Assembly (NCBI RefSeq): GCF_001194135.2
Contig: NC_068982.1
Coordinates: 37,210,466 to 37,274,465 of the forward strand
DNA from: Octopus bimaculoides
Taxonomy: Eukaryota
DNA: 64,000 bases
Direction of reading: 5' to 3'
The position numbers and the translations under genes are program-made. Each line of letters opens with the position of its first letter. Within the stretch, counting starts at the first letter, position 1. Positions 1 to 12,123 of this stretch are shown piece by piece. A model generated the notes under the pieces. It did no database searches, was not told the DNA's origin, and saw only the letters and a program-made list of their open reading frames with translations.

Positions 1-999
1 CTCTCTTACCAGCAAACATGTAGTTGCCATCAGTGCTTCTCTCCTACTATCTACTGTTTCTCACTACAGCCAGCCAGTAATATCTTCCATTATTCTTTCT
101 GTCTGTTAGGGGGTTGGTGAATGAGTCATGTTTTGCTTTGTCGAGGACATGACAACCTCTCTAGTGCTAGTGCCATGATAAAATGTGTCCAGTGCACTCT
201 GTAAAACAGCTGGTGTTAGAAAGGACATCTAGCCATAGAAACCATATGAGTGAGGTGTGTCTTTTTATTTGTCTAAGAGTGAACCCATGACTTCTCTCTT
301 TTGTTTAGTAATTCCATAACTGCATCAGAACCATTATACATAAGGCATGTAAGATGTGGAGCCAATAATTCATTCTGATTTACTTTCACCACCATCAACT
401 TATTATTCAAATAATGTATTAAGATAAAACAATTTTTTAATGATATTTGTATGAAGATACTTATTTACTTAGTTTAAGAATAGACAGAAAAACATGTTGG
501 ATAATGTTCTGAATATACAAATAATATACAAAATATTTTATATATATTATACAAAATGTTTAGCCAGGCTCTGCAGTAAATTTTATGGTCTTGCAAAGAA
601 TCATGTATTTGTTCTTGCTATATGACGACTCATCCCACCCCCAACCAAATTACATAAAGTCTGTTTTGATGTGCTCTCTTCACAATTAGAACTATGATAT
701 CAGCCTCATTCTGAAAGTTGTATGTACAAGGAACACTCCTCCCCCATTATACATACGGCTCATATTTCCACATATACACACATGTAGAACCCATAATCCC
801 TTGCATATGTATATTATACCACCAACATCTAATTACATTTATGGCTGTTTTGCTAGTAAGTGTGTGTATGTGTGTTTGTATAAGCATGCAGATCTACATA
901 TGTATGCATATGTATTTTTTTTACCTCTTAGATGTACATATATTTTTTTATTTACTGGCTAATATATCTGTATCTAATCAAGTGTAAAACTTTCTGCCA

Positions 1000-1680
1000 C
1001 TGAAAATAGCAATTCCAGTGAGGGTATCAATATCAAATCAATCAGTTGAAGCATCTGGCTATGAAAGAGAAGCAACCACAAAAACTTTCATCCTTGCAGG
1101 CACTGAAAACAGATTTAAATCTACCTGCACACTACAAAAATTCCCCTCTTTCTCTCAAGCCCACACCCTTAAGGTTGTCACCATTAATGACAGATTGGTG
1201 AAAGGTAGGTGACAAGAGATTGTAGAAATACTGCAATAAAATCAAGTTGTGCTTTATATTCAAGAAGCAAGATGGTGAGGGACCTCAACCACAGCCCTGA
1301 AGGGCAAGGAACAAATATAAAAGTTTTCTGATCTGAGTAATAGGAGTGGAGTGGTGAAGTTGGTATATTGCTAGTAGAGAAATAGATAGATGGATTAACT
1401 GAAGTAATCAGAGTATGTGATAGAATAATTAATCTTAAGGTGTTCACAGACGAAGCTACAAATAGTGCTGACAGATGAACAGGGCAGGGGTTTTTTTTTG
1501 TTTTTTTTTGAGCTTACCTGTTTCTGTGTCTTGACATCAAATGATGGAGATCACTATCACAGATGCAGTCTTAATGAGCATGCTACATAACAACATGATG
1601 ATTTCTCTGATGAACATGGAAGGTATGGGTATGGCATAAGGAATGAGGAAGGACCAAGAATTCTTTCGAGTTCTTTATTG
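1000..1680 (+). mobile_element. Decayed RTE-clade LINE, endonuclease (5') region
   Basis: Degenerate peptides across stops: TLKVVTINDRLVKGR..EIVE..IQEARW, VGILLVEK..EVIRVCDRII, HGRYGYGIRNEEG. Confidence 0.65.
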
Positions 1681-2059
1681 AAAATGCACCCATATGTACA
1701 TGTGCATGTATTTGTCTGAATGGATGTTTGTAAATATTTGAATGCAAGGACTTTATGGACATAAGGTTAAAAAGTGTGTACCCAATACTGCCATGTAGAC
1801 TATCAAATTATTATTTATTAAGCTCAAATTTCATAACTCTGACTTTCCACATATCTAATTTTGCAATAAAAAAAAAATGGAAACCTCAAAAAAGAAATAT
1901 TCAGGAAATTGAAACAAAACAAAATAGAAGCTTTTGGTTGGCTGTATGCATGAAGATTAATTGAAATAGATAACATTTGATCGCTTGTGTATATAAAAAT
2001 GAAATGTTTCTTTGTATACAAACATATGTATGTATATAAAATAAATGAAAATAACAATG

Positions 2060-2295
2060 CAATTCAATCTGAACGTTTCGTAAGACATTTAACAGAACCA
2101 TTAGCATACCAGACAAAATGCTTAGCAGCATTTTGTCCATCTTTATATTGTGAGTTCAAATTCTGTTGATGTTGACTTTGCTTTTCAGGCTTTTAGGGTC
2201 CAAAAAATAAGTACCTGTTGATCACTGGAGTCGATGTAATTGACTTACCCTCTACCTTGAAATTGCTGGCCCTGGACCAAAATTTGAAGCAAATA
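2060..2295 (+). mobile_element. SINE copy (family recurring in this window)
   Basis: Shares blocks such as gagttcaaattctg..gttgactttgc and gtcgatgtaattgactta..aaattgctggcc with copies at 10.2 kb and 31-32 kb. Confidence 0.55.
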
Positions 2296-3752
2296 TTTGA
2301 CTAATTCATACTCAAATACTACTGTCTCAAACAGAAAGTAAGACAAAGAAAGTACCAATATGTCATCTAGTTCAAAAAAAAAAAAAAAGAACAAAGAAAG
2401 AAAAGTAAAACTTAATCCTAGAATACACTCTGAATAGAATTTTCATTTGCAAATCCTTATGAGATGAGCAAAAGCAACTTGGAAGTGGGTGTCACAGGGA
2501 AAATAGTTAAGTTGAAAACAAAAAACTGAATAAGGAAATAAATGATAAACATAGAAGCTTTCAAAACTTCTTGCTCTGAAGTGAACCAGCCCAATGAAAA
2601 TTATACAGCAACCTTTTTGATTTTCCTAAAGAGGCACTCTGGATGAGGATTCATTAGTCCAAGTTGTTCTCATTTTATTGTAATATTGGTTTCAAATTAT
2701 GGTACAAAGGAAGGTGTAAGTTGATTACATCAACCCCATTGCTCAAATGGTACTTATTTTATTGACCCCCAAAACTGTTCACTGATCACTGTCCTTGTGG
2801 AATATACATTGGCTTAAAAGCAGTGCATTAACCCTTTTGTAACCATATTTCTGTTGAATTGAACTGTCTCTGTTTGAATTCATTTTGAAATAATGAAAAA
2901 TTGTACTGATTAAGATGGTGTTTGGAACATAAATTAACATGAAATTTTGATACAAGGATTAAGTCACTTCAAAACAAAATTTGTAACATAGAACTAGGTT
3001 AGGTCTCAGACAGTGATCACTTCATGTCTACAGCCAATGCCTTTCATTTCACTGTCAGTATCCACAAGAGAGAGAGAGAGTGGGTGATTACTTGAGCAGC
3101 CAGATCTTGATGCAGTACCATCAATGGTCAGTTTTTGCCATAAATGGTGTGCTCTCCACCACTTGTAGGTTTTTTTATATTCATTACCTTTAACATCACT
3201 AGGATCACTCATTTGTCTCGTTTATTTGAAAGTGCCAGAATAGTTAATATCCTACATGCATTGGTATGGTTGCAACCATTAGAGGTGTCAGTTTCTTCTG
3301 TATCAGTTCTCACTTTACTGAACTACTCTACACATCTACACAGAAATAGTGTACACATTCCCCACCCACTAGCAAATACTCATATGTCAGAACTAACTCA
3401 AGAGAAAAATCTCTCTCCCTCTCTCTCAATTATATATGCATTTGTAGTTACATGCTGCTCTGACAAACATGCAAATGAATTTAGTGCTAGTTTGGAATGT
3501 TTCATCAAATTACTTTTCAATTTTAATAATAGTTTGTTTATTTTATAATCTAATCTCTTAAATATATAGAACTCATGACCTTATCCTATCAAATTAATGG
3601 CCAAGATCAGCTTCATTTACTTTCAAATTATTTGAAAAAAAAAATCAATTTTACAATTTTTGCTTTTGTTCTTTAACATTTAGCTTAATTGCTTTGTGTC
3701 TCAAATATTCTTTTTCTTTTTTCTGATAACATAATAAACATTGTGTTTGCAG

Positions 3753-3888
3753 ACGATGGAGCAAAGCTGTAGAGCAATGGCGCCAGTTCCACTGTGACTT
3801 GAAGGATATTATGTCATGGCTTAATGAAGCTGAGAAAAAACTTACTATAGCTAAAGAACTTGCCCCATCAGACAAGCAACTATACAAG
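3753..3888 (+). CDS. DMD: Dystrophin exon equivalent to human exon 44 (136 nt, phase 2 to 0): RWSKAVEQWRQFHCDLKDIMSWLNEAEKKLTIAKELAPSDKQLYK
   Basis: Acceptor tttgcag|A and donor AAG|gtaaat. Resembles dystrophin RFDRSVEKWRRFHYDIK and utrophin EEWRQFHCDL. Confidence 0.95.
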
Positions 3889-5052
3889 GTAAATTTGTTG
3901 TTTATCTTTGCATTCTCTTTTTCTATTAAGAACATAATTATAACCAACCTTAAACATTGGGTTTATTAGATTAATTCAAGTTCTTTTCTTAAATATGAAG
4001 CCTGATGTTATTTTGAGAGAAGCCATATCAAAACTTGAAATATATGAGGAATTTACATATTTTCGTTCTTTTAAAGGTGAATAATTGCTCAAGCCTGATG
4101 TTGAGAAATATAAATCTGAAATAGTCTTTCTTAATGTAGATCAAGAAATTTAATTTTCTTAACATAAACATAAACTTTTTGTAGCTAATTGATTTAAAAG
4201 CATCTAATTTTATTAATGTGACCCAACTACAACTACTGAAGTTTTTCAAATTACTCTCTCTCTCTCTCCCTCCCCCCCTCTCTCTCTCTCCCCCCTCTCT
4301 CTCACTCTCTCTCTCTCTCTCTCTCTCTCTTATATATTCATATGGTTGTATTTGAATCAGACTTAATGAATCACAAAAGAGGATTAGTTAATTAGCACCA
4401 ATGATATTGCTTTCTTGAAATCAAATATCCTTAGAATTCATAGTTTTTCTTCAAAATTGTTTGTTTATCAAAGCATCTTTCTGAACACATGTTCGAATTG
4501 CTCTTCAAGTTCCTTTATTTTAAGATTTAATCTTTCAATCTTTATTTATTTATTCATTTATTTTATTCTTTTCTTATTGTATGTATAGATATTTTGGCAT
4601 AGCGTAACTTGCTATATTTTCAAGAATAGTTAGACTGTTTAACCCTAATGAATACTTAAATAACTCTTGTAAAATGGCTTTAAATTAAGTAGAGACACAA
4701 ATAACTTAAACAACACGAACAAAAACTGTTGACACTCAAACCAGTTTCCTTGTTGATGCTCTTGTATATAGTTAGTTATTTGCTTTTGCATTCATGCTTC
4801 AAATAAAAACATAAAATGTGTATTATATAATCAAAAATTAACGCTTAAAATTTTGGCAGTTACAATTAGTATCCCATTGTATCTAAAGTTGGCATTATTT
4901 GAGAGAGAAATGATCTCTTTGAAAAAGCTACTTAATATATATATTTGCATTGCTGCTCCTAAATTTTAATCTCATTTTGTAACATAACCTTTGTCTTTGA
5001 TTCTTTCATTGTCTCAAATGTGAACTTACATCTGTGTTAATTTTATTTGTAG

Positions 5053-5228
5053 GAATTAGAGAATGGAATCCGATCTCATCAAGGAACTGTAAATAGCATG
5101 AATGCAGCAGGCAATGAAATAATTCGTCAGTCAGCCGCTCCTGATTCTCATCTGTTGAGAGAAAAGCTGGATGCTCTTAATCACCGATGGAAATGCTTGT
5201 GTAAAGATGTTTTAGAAAGACCTGACAA
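5053..5228 (+). CDS. DMD: Dystrophin exon equivalent to human exon 45 (176 nt, phase 0 to 2): ELENGIRSHQGTVNSMNAAGNEIIRQSAAPDSHLLREKLDALNHRWKCLCKDVLERPD
   Basis: ttttatttgtag|GAA ... AA|gtaagc. Aligns by eye with ELQDGIGQRQTVVRTLNATGEEIIQQSS; same length as human exon 45. Confidence 0.96.
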
Positions 5229-6454
5229 GTAAGCGACAGACATGCTGAAAGGTGTCAGAACACCATTCTGCAATTTAGATGCTCGAAAATATTTTTTTTT
5301 TTTTTGTTCTTTTCTTTTTTTGACTCAGAAATGTTCCTTCATTGAGGTACTATTCAATTAAAATATAGACTACATGCTGTTACAAAAAAATCTGTATTTA
5401 TTTATAATGCTAATCCTATTTAAATTAAATAAACAAGGTAGTACTTTATGTTACATATGTATATGTTGTAATATACAAAACATGGATATTTGACAAGCAA
5501 TAATTTAGATAGTAATTTATTTTGAAATATCCAGTTAGTGATGATATGGTAAATGGAAGTAATCTGCTTTTAATTAGAATATTTATTGTTTCACAGAACT
5601 CTGTTGTATTTTACAGGGCTTGAATTTGGTTTGGTTACTTGAAAGCTTGTGTGTACATCACTAGTACTGTTGAGATGCATTCATCTACACACATTTTTTA
5701 CAAATATTTTTTTATATATTGTTAAATCTTGCAAAATTCATATCATCTATAAATAATATTGTACATTTTTTGTGAAAGAAATTGATTCACCTCACTAAGC
5801 AATATTAACTAGTGCCAGCCCCAGTAATTAAAAAAGCCTGTTGTATATTTTAGTTTCTAAACTTCTGGTACCCTATTTCTAGTTGCTTGGATTTGACCCC
5901 ATTCAACTGTTCTTAATGCTCTTATTGTGTTTCACTACATCTATTTGAATGTTTATTGTTAACAGATGGTGTCAAATGGTCAAAGACTTAGTTTACAAAT
6001 ACTTTATCAGCCATGCATCAGCAGAGATTAAGGGCTGTTGTTCACAACAATGTTCTAGTAATTGAAGTTTGCTATTCTGTCCCCTCCTCTTCCAAAACTT
6101 GGAATGTAATTAGGGGAATAAGGTAGGGCTTAAAATACCTTCTTTAGAAATTTACATTCATCTCCTACATTGAAATGAATATGAAGTCATAATTGACAAA
6201 AGTATTCTTTTGTCAAAATTTATTTCATGGTTAATAACTAAGAATTCCATTTTTACCCTTCTATAGAATACAATGTTGACCTCTGAATCATTAGAGTAAA
6301 AGTTTAGTGAGCAAAATTTGTGTTTTTGGAGGTTTTTTTAAAGGTTACTTTTAACTCAAGGATGAATGTAATATATTTTATTAGGTATTTAAATCGTTTT
6401 TGGCTTTTAAAGCTTTTCAATGTTTCACCTGAAATGGGCGAATTACATATATAA

Positions 6455-6770
6455 GGTTTGTAAGTGTGACTATGTGGTCATGGATCCAGTCCTACTATGT
6501 GGCACCTTGGGCAAGTGTCTTTTACTATAGGCCTGGGCTGACCAAACCCTTACGAGTGAATATGGTAGATGGAAATTGAAAGAAGCTCATCGTATATGTA
6601 CATGTGCACCTTTACCTAGATATCACATGATGGTTGTAAATGAGCATCATAATCATACAAGTGAGGTTGTTCATTTTGAGTTTGATGGGAATAGTGGTGG
6701 AGATACTTGATTGTAAATAGGAGGAGAGGTAGTCAATGGCATGTCAGAAGGCTGAGATGAGGGAGAGTTT
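6455..6770 (+). mobile_element. SINE copy (second family)
   Basis: gtggcaccttgggcaagtgtct..tttggtagatggaaa and ggttgtaaatgagcatc blocks recur at 12.25, 25.9, 45.3 and 51.5 kb. Confidence 0.5.
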
Positions 6771-6771
6771 A

Positions 6772-6846
<75 letters not shown>

Positions 6847-7546
6847 NNNNNNNNNNNNNNNNNNNNNNNNNNNNNNNNNNNNNNNNNNNNNNNNNNNNNN
6901 NNNNNNNNNNNNNNNNNNNNNNNNNNNNNNNNNNNNNNNNNNNNNNNNNNNNNNNNNNNNNNNNNNNNNNNNNNNNNNNNNNNNNNNNNNNNNNNNNNNN
7001 NNNNNNNNNNNNNNNNNNNNNNNNNNNNNNNNNNNNNNNNNNNNNNNNNNNNNNNNNNNNNNNNNNNNNNNNNNNNNNNNNNNNNNNNNNNNNNNNNNNN
7101 NNNNNNNNNNNNNNNNNNNNNNNNNNNNNNNNNNNNNNNNNNNNNNNNNNNNNNNNNNNNNNNNNNNNNNNNNNNNNNNNNNNNNNNNNNNNNNNNNNNN
7201 NNNNNNNNNNNNNNNNNNNNNNNNNNNNNNNNNNNNNNNNNNNNNNNNNNNNNNNNNNNNNNNNNNNNNNNNNNNNNNNNNNNNNNNNNNNNNNNNNNNN
7301 NNNNNNNNNNNNNNNNNNNNNNNNNNNNNNNNNNNNNNNNNNNNNNNNNNNNNNNNNNNNNNNNNNNNNNNNNNNNNNNNNNNNNNNNNNNNNNNNNNNN
7401 NNNNNNNNNNNNNNNNNNNNNNNNNNNNNNNNNNNNNNNNNNNNNNNNNNNNNNNNNNNNNNNNNNNNNNNNNNNNNNNNNNNNNNNNNNNNNNNNNNNN
7501 NNNNNNNNNNNNNNNNNNNNNNNNNNNNNNNNNNNNNNNNNNNNNN
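6847..7546. other. Assembly gap (N run) flanked by (TA)n; other gaps at 8264-8273, 22216-22769, 25615-25624, 26078-26115, 48915-49312
   Basis: N runs, each adjoining a (TA)n or (CAT)n microsatellite on at least one side. Confidence 0.99.
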
Positions 7547-7789
7547 ATAAGGGATCGGGGGACCCTGTCAAAGGCTTTCTCCATGTCAACGAAAGCCAGG
7601 TACAGAGGTTTATCCTTGGCTAGGTATTTCTCTTGCAACTGTCTCACTAGAAATAAGGCATCAGTAGTGCTTTTACCTGGCACGAACCCAAACTGCATCT
7701 CATCTAAATTGATTCGCTCCCTAATTAGTTGGGCTATGACCCTCTCTGTAACTTTCATAACCTGATCTAACAGCTTGATGCCTCTGTAA
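7547..7789 (-). mobile_element. RTE LINE reverse-transcriptase fragment with intact frame; cut off by an assembly gap
   Basis: YRGIKLLDQVMKVTERV..DEMQFGFVPGKSTTDA..LYLAFVDMEKAFDRVPR, canonical non-LTR RT motifs. Confidence 0.9.
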
Positions 7790-7826
7790 TATATATATAT
7801 ATATATATATATAAATATATGTATAC

Positions 7827-7859
<33 letters not shown>

Positions 7860-8295
7860 CATACATACATACATACATATATCATGATCATCTTCCTTTT
7901 CTTTCAAGGCTGTCCAAGAGGCAGGACATATCCTATCAATCTCTCTTCTATCTTTTCTCTTTTCAAAGAAAATATTTCTCCAACATTTGCTAGTTTACCC
8001 TCTTTCTGGTCTAACAACCCTCCATGTTTGTTTTGGTTCGGTTTCCTTGTATATCTCCACTGTGCAGGTTTTGTTCCCAGGTTTGACCTTCCATAAATCC
8101 CAAATTTTATGAAGAGTCATTCTTTATATTGCATATTCAACTCATTTGTTTTCCTATTTCATGTTGCTCACTGTTTGTGACATCCTACACCCATATATGC
8201 ATGTATACATATCTGTGCCATTTCTTAAATATACAACTGTATTATATATATATATATATATATNNNNNNNNNNATATATATATACATACGAATAT

Positions 8296-8515
8296 GTGTG
8301 CCAGGACCGCCAGACTGGCTCCTGTGCCGGGGTGGCACATAAAAAGCACCCACTAGACTCTCAGAGTGGTTGGCATTAGAAGGGGCATTCAACTATAGAA
8401 ACATTGCCAGATCAGATTGGAGCCTGGTACAGCCACTGGCTTTCCAGACCTCAATCAAACCGTCCAACCATTGCCAACATAGAAAACGGACATTAAACAA
8501 CAATGATGGTGATGA
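8296..8515 (+). mobile_element. RTE 3' UTR/tail fragment ending in (GAT)n
   Basis: Reverse complement of the tail attached to the RTE ORF end at 20.4-20.6 kb; also seen at 27.8 and 50.8 kb. Confidence 0.6.
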
Positions 8516-8735
8516 TGTATATTACCTTTATTAAGATGGATATTGTGTTATTTTAAGGAAATTTAGCTGCTACTTCTAACTGATCAAACAACTGCATGGA
8601 AATATTCTTGTTGGCTTTTATCTTTTTTGTTTTTGCATCATCATGGTACTTACTGCCTCTACATTATTGTTTCATGTTATTACATGCCTGATCCTTTCAG
8701 CTATTTCAGCTTTTTTGTTTTCTGCTTCTGCACAG

Positions 8736-8880
8736 GTATGATAATGAGAGTATAAAAACTAGTGAGTTCACTGATGACATGGATGAATTATTTTTATGGA
8801 TTGATGAAGCAGAAAACCTTTTGAGCATTCCATTAATTCAAGGTGAAGAAAATTTAGAGGAAACCTATGACAAATTCAAA
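8736..8880 (+). CDS. DMD: Dystrophin exon equivalent to human exon 46 (145 nt, phase 2 to 0): (K)YDNESIKTSEFTDDMDELFLWIDEAENLLSIPLIQGEENLEETYDKFK
   Basis: tctgcacag|G ... AAA|gtaaat. Matches SEFQRDLNEFVLWLEEADNIASIPL. Confidence 0.95.
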
Positions 8881-9659
8881 GTAAATATTCCAAATTTTTG
8901 TATCTATATTTTTAAATATTGTGTTACACTGTAAAACTTATTTGTTCAAGTTTGATTAAATAAGACTAACATTATTCTCTGATCTACAGGATTGATTTTT
9001 TAATTTATTTCTCCTGGTTGCATCAAAAACATTATGTTGTTCACTAAAAGGCTTCTGTGTGGGTGATTTTATTTTGTCTTAAATACTTCTCTCACATCAT
9101 CACTTTACCTCCTACAAAACTATATTGCTAATTTTGTTTAGTAATTCTAGTTAGCTTTTTCTATTTTTTGTCAAGTATTGATTATTTATATTATGAATTC
9201 ATAATATGAATTATTATATTTGTATATAATATCACATCTGATATCTTAGTTTATTTCATAAAACATGAACTATAACAAATTATCAAATTAAAAATTTATT
9301 AAGTTTTTTATCTAATTCTTAGAATAATATTGATTGTTTTCTCAAGGCACAAATGAGATATATATTTAAAAGAAGAAAATTGGGTAATTAAGTGAAAAAT
9401 ACTTCAATAGAGAATTGGAACTGCATTATAGTCTCAGTTCACCAGAAACTTATTGTAGTATGTAGAAATTACTCCTTTTCTATGAAGGACAATATCTACA
9501 ACTATTACTGCATAAAGTTTTGTCCACAAATGGTATGTACCATCAAGATCAAGTTGACATAACACAATGATATTGATTTTGTACCAGTCTAATGTAAATG
9601 TTAGGAGCTTCTTATTGCATTTGTTAGATATACAACATTTATTCAATATAGACTAGTGA

Positions 9660-11400
9660 TTATGACACCAAAGCAAGAGTCAGATGGCTCTGCAGACAAA
9701 AGAATCTGGAGAAGAATGTATGGAATCTGAAAGATTCCTAAGCCAGACTTAAGTTTAGAGAAGCACCAAGTGATGGATATGTGAAAAAGGGGGAAGAAAT
9801 AGAAACCTAAGCCATAAAAAAACTGCTGGGAGCTTATGAGACAAGTTGCTGTGAGTCACAAATGAGATCTATAGATGAAATCGGGTTCCAGTCAAATAGA
9901 AGGCCTGTGCATCATGGTGATAATGTTAGAATAGTGCAGTGCATACAGACATAAAAACTAAGCAACAGGCCCAAAATAAATGATAGGAGAGCTCAAGGAA
10001 CAGTATCAGGTAGTTAGCCATCGAGTATTCATAACAAGGAGAAAAGTAGAAAGTAAAAAGTTTGCTAATGTTCTGTGATGTGAAGATCACAAGCATCAGG
10101 TCTTCTACATTGTGAAGAAGTGTGTCATGAATCAGGATATTGTTCATGTGTAAGTAATGGTAGTGGCACAATTGTTCTTGATAATTATTTCTTTATTGCC
10201 CACAGGGGGCTAAACATAGAGGGGACAAACAAGGACAGGCAAAGGGATTAAGTCGATTACATCAACTCCAGTGCATAACTGGTACTTATTTAATCGACCC
10301 CGAATGGATGAAAGGCAGAGTCGACCTTGGCAGAACTTTAACTCAGAACATAACGGCAGACAAAATACTGCTAAGCATTTCGCCTGGCATGCTAATGATT
10401 CTGCCAGCTCACCGCTCTAATTGTTCTTAATAATGCCAAGAAGGTATGGAAATGCTATTTCAAGATGTTACTGAATGAGGAGTTGTAGGAGAGAGCGAGG
10501 ACTACCTTGAATTAACCAAACAGAGGGATAAGCTGTTGAAATTGACAGCTATATGGTTAAACATATGTCTGTGAAGGCAGGAAAAGCAGCTGGACCATCA
10601 GAGATAGTCACTAAGATGTTGGATATGGCCAGCAAACTAGAAAAATGATAGTTAGTTGCACAGTAAATCAAGTAGGACTGGAAAGGCTAATTCTAGTGAT
10701 TGGTATAGCAGTGTCGGCATCGACTGCTACAAGAGTAAAAGTAATGTTAGGAAAGAAAACATGACTCTGCTACCATCTGGAAAGTGGCCATATATGATAA
10801 ACACGAAATAAACAGGTAGAAATTCCATATGTTGTACCTAGTATAAATTAAGGGGCTTAAAGGGTGCAGGAAGGTCACAGACAGGTTGACAGAGAAAAAC
10901 CTAGTACAATCCCTGTAAATAGTCAGTATGTTTTGTTATCTAAGTGGTAACAGTGGAGAAGTCAACAAAATGACATCTTCAAATGAAGGGCAGATTATAT
11001 GATATTTGCATATGAAGTGATGCCGCACATTGGATAGTTGTGAAACAAACATTGAATGCCAGAGATGTGCAAAAGCTTAAGAGAAATGATGTGAGTATGT
11101 ATTGTTATTGTTCATGAATAACAAAATGAAAATAAGCTAAGAAGTAAAAAGCTGGATATAGTTTGAGCCAGATGCAGTGGACAAGATGTAATGCATATGG
11201 AAGAAAACAGTTAGGTGAAACAAGAGCCAAGTGATCCAAATAGAAGGAACCTGCATTAGAAGTCTAAAGAAGATATGGAAATAATTAGTGGAGGCTAATC
11301 TCAGGAGATAAATCTTACATAGTAGGAGACACAAAGATTGATTTGTGGTTGTACTGGAAAAGATTCATCAAGCCCATATAAGCATTGTCAAAGAAACATA
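9660..11400 (+). mobile_element. Heavily decayed RTE LINE, interrupted by a SINE
   Basis: Shares aagtttgctaatgttctgtg with the RTE at 19.4 kb; residual KVWKCYF..LLNEE and GKAAGPSEIV..ML motifs. Confidence 0.55.
10186..10418 (-). mobile_element. SINE insertion with 16-bp target-site duplication
   Basis: Flanked by aattgttcttgataat (10170-10185) and aattgttcttaataat (10419-10434); body homologous to the other SINE copies. Confidence 0.8.
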
Positions 11401-11489
11401 AAATGGATGTAACAGTGATTTTTATGGTGACAGCGGTGGTGATTAGGATGAATTTCTCTCTATTTGTTTCTTTTTTTTTTACCATTTAG

Positions 11490-11639
11490 GAAATGGAAGA
11501 TGACTTACCAACACATCAGCAACAGCTGAAGGCACTTAACCGCAATGCACAACATATGATGAAGCAAGACTCGTTATCTAACCAGGATAAAGAGAACATG
11601 AGTAAAGATCTTGAAAATCTCAATACACGATGGAAAAAG
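11490..11639 (+). CDS. DMD: Dystrophin exon equivalent to human exon 47 (150 nt, phase 0 to 0): EMEDDLPTHQQQLKALNRNAQHMMKQDSLSNQDKENMSKDLENLNTRWKK
   Basis: Long T tract then accatttag|GAA ... AAG|gtgagg. Same length as human exon 47. Confidence 0.95.
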
Positions 11640-11931
11640 GTGAGGTTGCTTCATTTGCCTCTTATTTCAAGTTATTCGTATATCAAATTATAGTTGCCTA
11701 CATCTTCTCATTGTAGCCATCATCTATAATGATGAAATCTCCTCCCACCTAATTCTGTTGAGTGCATTTGTATCCTTCATTATGTGATTATAAGTTTTCA
11801 ATAAATATGAGCCTAAATAAACTCAAATACTGTTTTAGATTATTTTTCTCTTGTGTGTAATTAGATTGAATTTTTAATACTTTCCAGAAATCTAAATCTC
11901 ATTGTTTTGTTTTGATTGTTTCTATTTTTAG

Positions 11932-12123
11932 TTGATAGTTGCAATTCCAGAACGTGTGAAATTTTTAGATGTGAAGCTCAGTACTTTACAAGACTTCCTG
12001 AAAGATCTTGAGGAGTTACAAACGTGGATTACTGGAACCAAAAAGGTTTTAGAGGCCCAACAAAATCCCACTAACTCAAATACTGTCTCTGAAGAACAAG
12101 ATTCAGTTGTTATAGATACACAG
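11932..12123 (+). CDS. DMD: Dystrophin exon equivalent to human exon 48 (192 nt, phase 0 to 0): LIVAIPERVKFLDVKLSTLQDFLKDLEELQTWITGTKKVLEAQQNPTNSNTVSEEQDSVVIDTQ
   Basis: tctatttttag|TTG ... CAG|gttagt. Spectrin helix-A pattern (DLEELQTWI); in frame with both neighbours. Confidence 0.93.

Noticed and set aside
1-3752. Search for an exon-43 equivalent
   Set aside because: No spectrin-like frame with splice sites found; the coding-like patches are LINE remnants.
3889-5052. Dp140-like promoter in the intron-44 equivalent
   Set aside because: The intron is only 1.16 kb with no GC-rich patch or first-exon signal; only a (CT)n tract.
6736-7878. Long ORFs across N gaps (also 22147-22966 and 48894-49386)
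   Set aside because: Artefacts of N runs plus (TA)n-derived YIYI; only the RT part at 7547-7789 is real.
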